A DNA stretch of 64,000 nucleotides, from NCBI GenBank assembly GCA_030141605.1, contig JAQGDQ010000208.1, positions 248,001 to 312,000 of the forward strand. The letters run 5' to 3'. The stretch comes from Tubiluchus corallicola (Eukaryota; Animalia; Priapulida). Positions 11,701-25,600 of this stretch are shown here, piece by piece; position 1 is the first letter of the stretch, and every line of letters begins with the position of its first letter. The notes beneath the pieces were generated by a model. It did not search any database, was not told the origin of the DNA, and was given only the letters and a program-made list of their open reading frames with translations. Both the position numbers and the translations under genes were made by a program.

Positions 11701-14700
11701 GCCAGTGGGTTCCTATCATTTGAACTTTTGAAAAAAGATTTTCTTTTGTCAAAATCCATTTTTTATTTTGGCTGAAAGGCCACTTTTCATATGAAGATCA
11801 AAAAGGGTGGGGCTGAAGCCCCCTAGCCCTATCCCTGTGCACGGCCCTGATTTAAATTTAACCAAGAATGTTATGATTGTCCGCTAATTAAGCTATCATA
11901 ATGATAATAATATTTACTTTTAAATCACAGATTTGATTCGCCGGTGTACTCTTCACCATTATATTGTTCTTACAGCTCAATGAAATACCATACAAGACTT
12001 AACTCATAGTTTCCATACAGCTACAGATTAACAAGTAAATTGGTTATTTCCTACTCGATGTATCCCAACTTTAGCTTTGACAGTCTTCGATACATAGTCT
12101 CGTGTAATTTGCATAAATTCAGCAAGAAAAATCCTGATACAGTAGCATTTCATTTACCAGTGACGTCATGCCGAAACTAAAACAGCTTATTTCTGCTTGT
12201 AGATTATGGCATGGTTATCAGCAATGTCTAAACTGCAATTCATATTTGGCCTTCCGTGCTGCTTTAAAGTCACATGGCTGTTCACATGATTTCAAACTAA
12301 ATTAGATTATAATTTTTACATTATTCTTTGTTTAATAACCACATACATGCGTATTAGCTTATGTTCAGTTGAATTTTAGCTACGACAACTATTGAAGCGA
12401 GAGCAACGATTTGCCGAATCAGAACTGGAGGAAACCGCCTTTTAACTAGAAAAGGTTTTGTTTAATCGAGTGTTTGAATGTTTTGCTTTAATGAAGTGAT
12501 TTGTATCATAACACTCGACATTTTGCCATATGTATGTGTTACTGACTATCAATTAGCAAACCTAAGCAACAAACTAGCAGCAGCTAATTAGCTCAAGTTG
12601 CGAGAGATGATCTGCTGTTACACAAACAATTAGGCACTTAGCTATAAGATGAAAGTGCATTAATTAAGCCTGCTAAGACTTCACGCCGAAATACAGCTCT
12701 ATGTCTGTAAAACACTATAGGCAGGAGTAATTACCCGTACATATTTGTTTATGTCTACAGCACTAGACAGGGGCTAACTGGATAGTACAGCTTAGAAAAT
12801 GATTGCACCAGGTGGCGTTTACAAAATTCGTAAAAATATGCAAGTGTACATAACTTTCATTGATCCCAGTGTAATCTAATTTACAGATGAGAGAATTTGT
12901 AACTTCTTTTAAGACCATTTTTCTTGCATCACTTGAAAAGCTTCGTTACATTAATTGGTACATTACTTAATTATTTTTTATTTTAAATTGCTTTGTGAGT
13001 TACCAGACTTGCCACTTGTATATTATTAGAATTGTTAGACTAATGTTCAATACACTTTAATAATGTTGTAATGAGTAGCATTGATAATCACTGCAAATTA
13101 CTAGGCCATACTTCTCGGCTCTTACCGTTTTAATTCGAGTCTTATGATTTTAAGTCATTTTTACTGTCTTAAGTACCCCTTTGCTCTCTCAAGGTAAATA
13201 AAAAGATCAACAAATTTTAATAACACAGAATAAAACTAAAAGAAATACGAAACTTCTTCTGCGAATCACTTTTTAGATTTCCGTCACATCCAAGCTGTTT
13301 AAACGAAAAATAACGATCACAACCTACTTTTATATTTGCAATGTAAAATCTCTAATTCTCTTAAATCTATGATCAACTGTCTAACTTTGTGTAATATGAG
13401 TTTGTTTAACTCAAATATGAATAACGAAAGTAACAAGTGCCAGTTAATGTGAAATATGCTGACTAGAAACTGATTGGCTCCTTACATGTTGAATAACTGC
13501 AAAACATGATGCATTGTATAATTGGCACTTCACAAATTAAATTGCTGTGGTGTTATTGTGTTAGACTAAAATCACTAAGTTGTTTGATTTTATTTTTAGT
13601 GCTGCTGCCGGAAGTAATGCTTACGGTTTAGTTGCCAGTCGCCGTGCGGGTTCGACCATTTCAAAAGAGCAATATGCCATCTACTACAGGTAAAGACCGT
13701 TGAGTTGATTTATAATTGCCACATCCTATCATTCTGGTTTCTGTTTTATTTATGGAAGTTAAAAAGTGTAATGTAATACAGTAGGCATGCTTAATAGACT
13801 CACTTTGGGACAGACGTGTTTTGGCCCAATTAACCGACTGAAGCTATTAACCGATGGGTATTACAGGTATAGAAGCATGAGAGTCATCAGTTTACTGTGC
13901 ACTGCAAAGGTTTTTAATGAATTTTAAAAACGAAATAATGCCTAAATTCCTTTGTGCATTTAAAAATTAGAAAAATATTTTAAAATAGTAATTTATATTG
14001 TGAATTTGCAATAAATTAAAATGTATATATTTTTAAATCACAGGCTTTTCTAAGTCTGTTTATTTGCAAACATTACAATAATTCCTTCAAAGTCGGCTGC
14101 TTCATTTTCTCAGGAAGAAGTTGGCCCACAAAGTTCTCGTAATTATAAAAACGTTGAAAATCTGTTGTGTGTGACTAAAACAGTTTTGAATCGTCTGCTC
14201 GCTTACATTGCCCTTATTTGCTGTACGATGTTTACTCTTGTAAGTCACAAGGAATACCAGCTGATTACTGTACTTGCATCTTTGACTGTTAACTCATTAA
14301 GCCTGAAAACGCGATTTGTAACGAGAGCATCAAAAGGAAACCACTAGGCAAGTGATTAAATGTTTAGCTTCCAGAAATTCTTTGGTTAACAGTGGGCCAG
14401 CGGGTAACAGATTCAAAGCAAAACAGCTACGCTAGAGTATTAGTGCATGACAAACGTACCTGCTTATAAACAAAACAGTAATTAACATGATTGTTTCTGC
14501 ATACATAGTGCACAAAAGGGAAGCAAAAATGGCATAAGAGTAGGAAAGGCTCTTGGCTCATACAAATATCTTATTTTAAGTAGATGAAGGAAAAATATTG
14601 AGTCAATTATGTGGAGTTATTTGAGTCAATTACCGATAGTTTTGATGTACATTTCAATAGAAGCGACCACTTCCAGACGTTTTTGAATCAATTAAGCGAT

Positions 14701-17700
14701 TGAGTCTATTAACCATGAGTCTATTAAGTTGCACCTACTGTATTTGCATTTGCAAGTTTACACAATTTTCTCCAACTGATATTCTAGGCTACTCTGGTTT
14801 TAAATTTAGAGACTGTGTATTAAAAAGTAGGCTGTGCAGTTAGCAACCAAAGTCAAGCAACTCAAGCCTGGTCAGTAAATGCAAAGCCAACTACCTCGCA
14901 GTTTTTACAGGACACCTTTGCAAGCTTACTCACTCATCTTGAAAAGACTATTACTGCTGATAAGATAAGCTGCAGTCCTGCCACTACTGTCTACGTAAAC
15001 AGACTGTCGTGTAGCACTGGGTTTTGCTTTGCACAGTGCTGATTTATGTGAAGAAAATGTACTCAAAAAAGTCCATTTACTAATACCAGTAGGAGTGTTT
15101 TATTGAACATTCAAACATTTTTTGCCTTTTTTTATACAGAAAAGACAAAGGAAAGATTTTGGATCATCACCTTTATGATGATACCTATAAAATGTTTGAG
15201 AGACCACCAATAGTTGCACATTTTAGAGCCAATCCATCAGCCAGCAGTGAGTTTAGTGCTATATATCTTTCATTTGATTTTGTTAATTAATGTGTGCATT
15301 ACCTAAACAGACTTCAATTCAAAATTTCTAAACAGTTGATACAAACAAAAAGCCATAACCTGTTATTTTTCATTAAAAACACCAATTGACACCATTCTTT
15401 TCTGTGAAAAAAAATCAATTTTCGTACGTTTTTTCGGTTACTGTTACTTACACATGTTCAAGTTATACAGTGTGCATCTTATCCTACTGTTCTATGATTT
15501 TTAATTTTGTTCTAGAGACCTTACGTGATTTCTTTCTTTTGGGGATACATGTAAGACCAAATTCAGCCATAAAAGAAATTGATGCATTAGTTGATGTCTA
15601 TAATGATGAATCCTATAACTACCATCAAAAGGTAAGTTGGTAAATTCGATACAGTAGGCGCCGCTTAATAGACTCACTTTGGGACTGAAGTGTTTTGACC
15701 CAATTAACTGACTGAACCCATTGGGTGTAGTATTACTGGTATAAATGCCTAAATTCTTTTGTGCAGTTAAAAATTTTAAAAAAATATTTTAAAATGTTAA
15801 TTTATATAACTGAATTAGCAGTAAATTAAGAAGTCTCCTTAGCGCTGTTAGATCTTTACGCTTATTCTCCATTTTTCAAAGTTCTTGACTCTATGCTCTT
15901 ATTTGTTGTATGATGTTTATTCTTGTAAGTCAGAAGGAATACTGGATGATTGCTGTACCTGCATCTTTCACTGTTAAATGATTAAGCTTGAAAGCATGAC
16001 TTGCAAAGAGAGCTTCAAAAGCAAACTGCTAGACAAGTGATTAAATATTTAACTTCCAGAAACTCTTGGGTAACGAGGTTAATTGCAGTGGATGAGCGGG
16101 TAACAGATTTAAAACAAAACCGCGACGTTAGCGTATTAGCGCATGATAAACGTACCTGCTTACCAACATGATGGTACTTAACTGGTTGTTTCTACATATT
16201 TTATAGTGCACAAAAGCGAACTAAAGTTGACATAATAGTAGGAAAAGCTCTCTGGGCACATACAAATGTCTTATTTTAAGTATGTGAAGGAAAATATTGA
16301 GTTAATTATGCGGAGATATTTCAGTCAATTACCGACAGTTTTATGTACATTTGAATAGAAGCGGCCCGTACCAGACGTTTTTGAGTCAATTAAGCGATTG
16401 AGTCTATTAACCGTTAGTCTATTACACGGCGTCTACTGTAGAACAATTTTCAGGCTGTTGATTTAGTATTTTGATTGTAGATAGGGTTAATTGCTTCTGC
16501 AGGGTTAAGGAGAATTTTTCAAAAGTCAACATTTACAGCACTAAAACATTAATACAAAAATATAATCTCAAACACGTTGCCTTAATAAATATGACATCTT
16601 CCGTGCATGGTTCAAAATGAGAATATTTAATTCTCACGAAACAACCCAAACCTATAACTCATTTCAGATTATATTTTGCATTATTGGTCACTTCTGAGAC
16701 GAACGACCATTCGTTTTTTGTGCTGCTGCTAATAAATTTTGATTCAGTGAAAGCTAATTATTTTTAAGTCTTCAGTGTCTTTAGCAATGTCACTAAACTA
16801 GTGACTTAAACCACACATATTGTTGATGTCTAAAACAACCTATATTTATTGTTCTAAAGAGACACTTTTCTCTGCCATAAATCCTTTAGCAAAGCATACA
16901 CTTTACACATGCATAGGCGACAGTGTTGCACTTGCACGCTGCAGTGATGACCTGATCCATAGATACTAGAAAACTTGTTCATTTTCAGACTAGTAACAAA
17001 TCTATTGGAAAAGTGTTTATAGGTGTGCTGCGTAATTTTTGTCAAAGATTGCACTTAAAATTTATATTAAAACACATGTCGAGGCTTTCTTTGTATAGCG
17101 CTGACCAGCTTTCTGTGATTTAGATAGTATACGTAATATACACATGCGTATATAGCCAAACAGTTTTGGTTTGATGTAAAAGCAATCTCCTTGTAAACCT
17201 TCAAGGGCAATTTTTTATTTGTAACTTCTTTTTTAAGAGATACCTAAGAATGCTGATCATTATGCAGAGTTTTCTATCTATAATATAAGGCTTTAACATG
17301 TTTGATAATATAGTGAAGCGTAATGTGGTTTAGATCTGATCTTGTGCTTAAAGTGATGTGCTCATTGCTTAAATTATACTTGTACTAAATTATACTAGAC
17401 TAAAATTGTAAAAACACTTAACTGTGAAACTGAAAACAGTATTATTAGGCCTAACACACCAAATTTATAATATAACTAAAAGTGCAACAATAGAAAAACA
17501 AAAATGTTGTAAATTAAACAAATATATTTTTGTTGGTGCCATATTTCACATAACTCATTTGTGCTTTCGTAACGACTGAATGTCAGTTACTTTATTTTGC
17601 AGTAACAATGGATACTGGTCAGAATTAAGTCTGTTAAGAGAAATAAAGTAAAATACTACACGTAGTTAAGTTTGGATATATTGTGCTTTCAGTCCACGAT

Positions 17701-20700
17701 CAAGTTAATTCTATAGTAGGCTCCCTCAAGTAAGCTAGATTATTGCAAACTTTAAGCTAGAGTTTTCATAGGTACACTTTGATAGCACTTGGTTGACTGC
17801 AGTTTGCAATTATTTTGCAGAATGCCATTATAATGGGTGATTTTAATGCTGATTGCTCTTACGTTTGTGACAATTGTTGGGGTGATATTCGTCTTCGCAC
17901 GCAGAAGCGTTTTCACTGGCCCATAGATGATTATGCTGATACAACTACAAGTCCTTCTGACTGTGCTTATGATAGGTAAGAATCTTTGAAGCTGTAGTTG
18001 GTTACATAACTTACATTCTGTTTTCTTGTAACAGCACATATGTGTGGTCTTTTTATTGTTGTTTTCTTAGTGCATGTGTAGGTTTATACTCATTTATTAA
18101 AGAACAAATTATATTCTACAATCTGACCTTCTACAAATTAGAAAAAATTATATTCTACAATCTGACCAGACATTTGAGAAGTGGAGTCTGAAATATAAAT
18201 TTATATTTTTAGTGCAATCACTATTGTTGGGCTTGAGTTATATAACAGATGAAAAGCTTTTATCTCTCTACACTGAACAAATATATTTTTTAATTTTCTT
18301 TGTGTTAATTTTTGGCTCACAAAATTTGTAATGATAACACGAAATGTAGTTAACCTAGGATTTTTTTGTTGCTAACAAAATAATGAACATCTTAATGGAG
18401 TACCTAAAAATTGAAATTTTGTTTTTCTTTGTTGGACACGTAAACACCAGTAATTTAAAATATGTTAAAGCAAAGAATAAAGACATGGACAAAAATAATA
18501 GCAGTTCATTACCGTGTCTAATATAATAAATTAATTAAGTTTACTATTTTAGCCCATTCTTTCATATTTTTTGGATCATTAAGTCCACTTAAGCCTCTTA
18601 TGTTCACACTCTGCTTTTTTATTGTTGCCAACCCGTTTTACTGTTTGTTTTGGTCCTTATGAAATTTCTGAGAAGTGAGGTAGGTATAAGTTTCAGATAG
18701 TGAAGGCGCAACTGTTAGATTCTGTATTTGCTTAGTGAAATTATATCCGTAATATTTTTTACACTCTATTTCAGATTTGTCTATGTTGGTAATGAAGCGG
18801 TTGATAGTTTCGATGGAGCAGAGATAATTGACTTCCAGAAAATGTACGGATTGAACACTGATTTGGTAAGAACTGTTTTATTGTTATAATGCGTTACCGT
18901 AGAATGATGCACAAGAACCCTCTAGTATGATATGACTACAATAAAAAAATAACGTATATATTTACTTCAAATTGACACAATTGCTCACATCAGTCTGTCA
19001 CTGACTGGTTGTACACTGATTTTATGTATGATGTAATTTGTTTTACTCTGTACTAGTGTATAATTTTTGCAATAAAGATTTCTATTCTATTCTAAATAAT
19101 TACCATATGTTCCTGGTACATAATAAATTAGTAAAAAGTTACATCCTTATTAAAAATGATTTCTCTCTTTTTTTTAACACAAATGCACAAACTTTTATAT
19201 TCTTTTTTACTCTAAACTGTGCCAGGTAAGCTCATTTGGAAAGACGCGTAACAAACTGAGCACCTGTGTATGTCTGCTGGGCTTATGTCGCCCCCAGAAC
19301 AATACAGTTTGAAACTGTTTTAGAATTAACAGGCCTGAGGTTATTTGGGCACAAATGGGTGCTGGCTTACTTGGGCGTGAGACATTTGGATGCCATCGCC
19401 CACGCACACTGCATTGACATGTGATTTGACCAGGCAAAAATACATTATTTCTGTTGTGCTACAAAAGGCCACAATGCTGCCCAGTATGCTAAAATTATGC
19501 AAATCCTCGTTCATTACCTGATTACCTAAAAACGTTTAGGACTTTGGAAGTTTTACTTTTGTGATTACGATTGCTGAATTAAAGCTGGAAACGTCTATAA
19601 GTTGCGTTGCGTGTGTAAAAGCAATTTTTATTCTTAAAGTACTTTTTTCTAAAGCTAGCACTATATGAACATACACATTGTATTGTGATTATAATAAGGC
19701 TAGCTGATTTGCTGCATTGACGACACTGACGGTAAAGCTAGTGAATAGATCATTTTTTGACATACAGTTCTGTTGTTTACTGTTATTGTGATGCACTAAA
19801 TATTGTTGAAATAAAATACTAAACTAGATTTGCAGTATTTTCTATTTCGTTCATTTTATGAACAAACATAACAGAAGTGGATCCAGAGGGAGGGTCCAGG
19901 GGGCCCAGACCTTCCTTTTTGGCATGGAAAAAATCAATATAATCTTGCCCTGTTAGCCATGTAAAGATGGGAATATAACTTAATACTGCAACCCAGGATT
20001 ATAGCTTTGCAAAATCAGGAAGTCTGTGCACATCATTGGCTACTGAGCATTACTCTCTACATAACTGCAGTGGACCACATGTACGAAAATGTGGGTGGTG
20101 TGACAGCAGAGGCGGAACTAGAGTGTTATGAAGAAATTATTCATGATCCCGCCTGTGTAAGGCTTCGTAACTGCTGCCTGTGCGTTTATATTCCTGCTAT
20201 AATTAGCATCCCTGGTATAAACCTTCGTTTAACACTGGTAATTGTCTTATTACAGCAGTGACTGACTGTTAGTAATTAAATAATATAAACAATCATAGTT
20301 TAGCTGGATATAATGCAGCTGTATATAGTGTTTACATCATTTGGAAAACATTGTTTGCTGGCACATGGCTAATTTGCATAGTTTGTAATTTGCACAATAC
20401 ATGGTTAAGTAACCGGGTTATTTTAACAGGTTGTGTAGTTTATATTGTCTGTACATGCTGAATATTTCAAAATAAAGACTGAATGAACTTTTTAAAAGAA
20501 AAAAAATCAGATTTTTTACGTAGAGTAAAAGTCAGAAAATACGACGAGTTTTCTAAATCATTTCATTGTCAGGTTTTAAACAGTATACCTACTGCAATTT
20601 TAATCAAGAATCCAAAATGTCGATTCCAGTTTTTAATAAAATTAACTTGAAATGACATCTGATGAGAAAGCTAATGACAGTCAAAGTGCAGAAACAAAAA

Positions 20701-21469
20701 AAACAATAATAAGGCAGTAAAAAGGGCATAGGCAGGCAAGAATTTTTATTCTTATTTGTTGCACAAGGCGTTATTATAGCTACAGGCTCAACAATGTCCA
20801 AAAAATTTAGTTATGATTTCTAAAATTTAATGCGTTTCCCGCAGGCTCGATAGCTGTGTGGCAGTGGATTGCGTTGAAGCTACCCCCAGTTTTCACACCT
20901 GCCTTTCTGTTTAGTCACATTTGGACACCTCCCTTTCAAAAATCCTGTATCCGCCTCTGCGCAATAATAAGTGGAAAACCAGAAAATGCAGAATCACTTG
21001 ACTGGCTTTAATTTTTGTATCTCTGCATAAGTTAACTTAGTGATGCGATTTAAAATAATATTTTGAGTTAGGAAAATAGTGTATTGAAAATGTAACTAAA
21101 CAAAGGTAAAAAATTAGGTACAACATTAAATTTTATTGGTGCCCAAATGCCAAAGTTTCCGTGCTGAAATGTCCCTTGTCCAAATGTCTCGTGCCTAAGT
21201 GTCCCATGCTCAAATAGGCGTCAAATGTCACATACATTGATGATAAATGAATAAAGTTATTAAGTCATTTAAGCATATGCACTAAAAGTTTAAATGTTAA
21301 ATGCAATATCAATTAAACACCTTTTATCAATACTGCATACTATGAACATTTATGTTTTACCCTTTTCACTTCCGATGTTATGTCCGTGTCGAACTCAAAT
21401 GATCACTTCATTTTTCAGGCACGAGCTGTGAGTGATCATTTTCCAGTAAGAATGATGGTCAAGTGTTAG
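5779..21469 (+). CDS. Deoxyribonuclease I family protein (DNase1-like, secreted)
   Basis: Exons 5779-5787 (MKM), 6656-6709 (phase-0, possibly optional), 7893-8087, 9944-10029, 13600-13689, 15140-15246, 15516-15631, 17821-17975, 18775-18865, 21419-21469; all GT-AG and frame-consistent (299 aa, or 317 aa with the 54-nt exon). Hydrophobic signal-like segment and DNase I motifs SWNIQ, VQEIRD, KEQY, GIHV, MGDFNADCSY, CAYDR, VSDHFPV. The first two exons are less certain. AATAAA at 21702. Confidence 0.92.
6101..6447 (+). repeat. ~50-bp direct repeat pair
   Basis: CTACAGTTACTACAGGAATTTAAGCCTTT(T)GCTTGTGATGGRCCCAGA at ~6102 and ~6393. Confidence 0.8.
8150..9290. mobile_element. Foldback-like non-autonomous element, copy 1
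   Basis: Left end has TTGGGCAC-type subrepeats, right end has inverse TGCCCAAATGTC subrepeats; internal blocks (8255-8350, 9193-9260) recur at 19435-19525 and 21108-21200. Boundaries approximate. Confidence 0.5.
13779..14740 (-). mobile_element. pogo/Tigger-derived MITE, family A copy 1
   Basis: TA|CAGTAGGCATGCTTAATAGACTC ... GAGTCTATTAAGTTGCACCTACTG|TA; interior shared with copies at 15652, 38103 and 45084. Confidence 0.88.
15652..16438 (-). mobile_element. pogo/Tigger-derived MITE, family A copy 2
   Basis: TA|CAGTAGGCGCCGCTTAATAGACTC ... CTATTACACGGCGTCTACTG|TA; starts 20 nt after a DNase splice donor. Confidence 0.88.
19330..21235. mobile_element. Foldback-like non-autonomous element, copy 2 (with nested insertion)
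   Basis: ATTTGGGCAC/GACATTTGG subrepeats at 19343-19400 and inverse GCCCAAATG/CCAAATGTC subrepeats at 21140-21230; shares blocks with 8150-9290. Confidence 0.5.
19872..20959. mobile_element. hAT-like non-autonomous element nested in the foldback-like copy
   Basis: Imperfect TIRs CAGAAGTGGATCCAG ... CTGTATCCGCCTCTG with G-rich/C-rich subtermini; TSD not clean. Confidence 0.55.
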
Positions 21470-22694
21470 CACTTTGGCTTGGTTATTGAAATATGGAGAC
21501 ACTATTGCAATATCAGTTATGCATTTCAGAAAATTTCCAGCAACTTTGTCAGGCTGTTGTACGAGAACGTGTTATACACTATGCAATTATAGACATTCAG
21601 TTTTATTTTTAAGCATTTTGAATCAAAGCTGTGATAATGCAAACTATGTTTTTATTATACTGAACACCTCCTCTCTTACTTTCAAGTGTTTGCGCTGGTA
21701 AAATAAAAAAACAGTATGCATGTAGCGATGTCTTGTTTTCTTTTATCGTGTGAACATTATTTTCGCTACTGCTGATTGCCGAGTTTGCTGCCTGTGCAGA
21801 ATACTGCAGTGTTTAATTACACACTGTCATGACTATTATGAGAAAAATATGATGCACTATAAACAACATTTTTAGTATACAGTTAACTTTTTATTACATT
21901 TATACTGTTTAAATATACCAATTTCATACTATCATGTAACTGAGATGCCGGCCACTAGCGAAATTAAAAAGCACCATGGATGATAATTTTGTAAACACAC
22001 CAGTTAATTACAAAAAAAAACAATATTTACAAAAACTCAATGCAAGATATTGCATTTCCAAACAAAAGTTTACAAAAACATATAGACTGCTAGTTTATTG
22101 TAAAATTCAAAAAAGCCACTAAAGACCTAAACACATTCATGTATACACTACTGTGACATGTTGGATTTATACAGATTGCACAACGTAACCTATTTTATAC
22201 AATAGTTCACACTTCATAGATGTAACAGCTGTTAACTCAGTCACTACTCGGTTGCAGTCATGACTAAGCACATCATTTTAATGTGAAAAACTACAAGTGA
22301 TTTAATCTAACAGTGTAAAAACACAGCAAACCTTATTAACAATTATCAATTAAATACATATTTTCAGATACTGACTAGTAAATTAAGCAATCATTTAACT
22401 GCTAGTAAATCCAAACTACTAGTACCAAAAAACTCAAATACCCAATCTTACATAAAGTGGCCTTAACTAAAGGCATCAAGTGTACAATTGAACTTTTCTG
22501 TTTTTAACCAAGCAATGCAAAATCAATAATTTAGGAACGAGTACACATTGTTGACATAATTTTTTGGTAATAATGGTCAAAAAAACCACAGACAGCAGGT
22601 TCACTTTCCCCAGTAACATGCCACACCACATTTTGTGATAGGTGTTATGATACACACAAGTTGATTAGTTAAAAACATTCATTCTCTAAAGATT

Positions 22695-25600
22695 TCAGCC
22701 TATGTCTTGCTCTTGTACTCGTCTGCGGGTATTGTACATCGTGAAAAAGTGTTTGCCAAATTCATAAGAACTAATCATTATGGCACAAGCAGGTGCAACT
22801 TTTACTATCCTTGGTACAATTCCTGCAATGAGAAAAAGATTAATTATACAAACAAATGTATTTATTTGCAGCTAAGATATAAGCAGGTTCAGTGTTCTTA
22901 GAATTAAAATTTAATAATCCAAGCTGTTGTTCATTAGTTACATAGAAAGATAATATTTCAACTTTAGTATCTTTTGGCAGTGCAAAATTCACTAATCAAA
23001 ATGGTCAAAGATGCCACAATCTTAAGAAAACTATTTTGTTTTTTTGTGTCAACTACCGACTACAAAATAAATTTTCAACTTGCCGTTTTATCATAGCAGT
23101 ATACATACGTACCGACAAACAGACCCCTATAGCCTTTCTCTTTGTAGATCTTATGCATTAGATAGGTTGTAGAAACATTTCTCCCGCCTAAAAGCAACAC
23201 AAAACAAGATTTTTTGACACATACTAAACTATACGTTGTATTGGGAGCACATACTTTCTGAATATCTATGTTAAAGTCATAGAAGTATTAATTAGTACAT
23301 TGATATGCTTCAATTATGCTTTTATGTTTCAATTTTTTCCATTTGGTTTGACTTGATTTTTATAGCTTAATCAGTTAATTATATCCTTACATATTTGGTT
23401 GGATATGTATTGTATATTTTTCATTTTATATTATGTCTTTGTCGCATAGCCTATTTAGTCACTTTTTCGCTTTTCCCCCCATAGATTTACATTAAGAGCT
23501 GATTTTCTTCTCATACTTTATAATTATACCTTGTACAGCAGTGCTACAATTTTTTTTACAATTTACACTAACCGAAGAAGGGTACCTGACTTGATGACCA
23601 ACTAGTCTTTCACTACCCTTTCTCCTGCACCCTCTAACACTTCTCTTTATGCATAATTTTTCCTGATTAATTATTAATTATAGGAGTTAAAGTCTATCTT
23701 GTATTCTGGTGTAAATGAGGAGATAAATAAAAAATGTCTATGTCTATGATAATCCACATCTTGCCCGTTTTGAAAGCATTATAGCAGATAGAATCATAAC
23801 AACAATAGAAGTTTCATGATGAGAGGTTCACTTTAAATGCACAATTTTTGAAGATTTACATCCGACATATTGAACGAACTGAAAACAAACCAAGTGTAGT
23901 TGCACTCCTCATTGACCAACTTGTTGAAAAGTTTTATCTTACCCTAACTACTTCATTTGAATTAACAATGCATTAGTAATGCAAGTAGGACAAATTGATA
24001 TTTGGGCAAAATAATAATATAAAACACATTTGGTTATTCAAAAGTATCGTCTGGTGCCTAACTTTGTGTTGAATGCATGCATTCAGTTAAGTGCTTATGC
24101 TTATAAGTTGCTAGTTTAACTCCCATCAATTTCTGTAAGTTTTGTGCATCATTTGGCCTGAAGTTCCAAAAACCTTCCCCAGTAGTCAGTTCATTGGATA
24201 TGTTTACAATAGTTCGAGAACTACCATCAAAACTGAGTTTCACAAAAGAAATCCTGGTTAGTGCCAACATTCGTACTTTCAGCGAAAATCGAATGTTTAG
24301 CATCCCTTTTGTAACTTTTTGCAACCCATTTCCACCCTAAAAGCAAATCTTGCACTCAACATATTCTATTCAGTCCTCCATATCTCTTGCTAACCACTCG
24401 CCTGGCAAATAGCCATATCGAAGCTATCACCTGGCAAACGTTCTCAAAAAAAAAGAACTAATACCGATCCCATTGTAATTCAAGTGTGACAACAATAAGT
24501 ACGCTTTGGAAAAGTGTAGGGTGGTTTCATTGCACAAATCTTGAAATAACTATAAACATTAACATTAAATTAAGGGAAAATGATTGTACGTTACTGACAC
24601 CTGCTATTCACATTTGGAGATGTTAACTGGTATCAAACCAATATTATGTAAAAAGTTATCGTTAGTAAGAAGTTTCCTGAAAATTAAAAGCACTAGCCGG
24701 TCACGTACATGTACTTATAACCAACAAAAAAACTATGTTATGAGAATTCTTTCAGAAAATTTCTGAAATTCTAGACGTTTTAAACTAGGAATATGTGAAT
24801 ACCTGTGTATTTCGCCTAGAACAGCAAAAAACAAAAGACCTCCCAATCAAGTATTCGTGACCATATTTCTGTTTCTTGCCACATGGCTGATTTAAAATTC
24901 AGCCAGAGCTGTAAATTGCTGGGATCTTTCAGCTGAATGAAAGTTCATATCTGTAGTGCAATAAACCTTGGCTCAATGTGCAAAGTTCTATTCCTTTAAC
25001 TCTGGTATTCTAATATTTAATTATAGTTCTTTTTAGTGTACATTTATGGGTTTGTTTATAACAGTACATCTTATTATTTGCTTATGTAATTAGTCTATTT
25101 GTAGTTACTGTAAGCTTTGTCTATATAAATTAGTTATTGCATGAGTTCTCTCTCATTGAAGATGAGTGATGGCTATTCCAATCGAAATATCCATATGTAG
25201 TGAATTTATAAGCTTTTCAGTGAAAAGTTCTCTGTTCAAATAATTACAGTGTTCCTTGTTTAAGGTGGTATATTACCTGTATTTTTAAATGTAAATAGAA
25301 AATGCAACTTAGTTTGTTGTAGTGATTTATCAGTACATACCTTTAGCAGTTTCCCCGCCCAACTCAATCTGCCTGTGGGTTTTGACAACGTCAAATGGTA
25401 ATGTAATAACAGCAGCAGCCTACACAAAACATGAAAATACAACTTGCAAAGCAGTAATTGGGGATCTAAACTCTGATTCCCAGGGGACTTTAATAAATGT
25501 GGCTGTATTGCCATTTTCAGGTACACTCAACCAACACAGCTTTAATGTAATTATAATTAAGTTAGTCTTAAATTGTAACAGAAATGCGCAAATCTATATT

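Noticed and set aside
21467-21592. About 40 open codons after the DNase TAG (possible readthrough)
   Set aside because: TAG-CAC is not a strong readthrough context, the peptide has no recognisable motif, and the length is compatible with chance.
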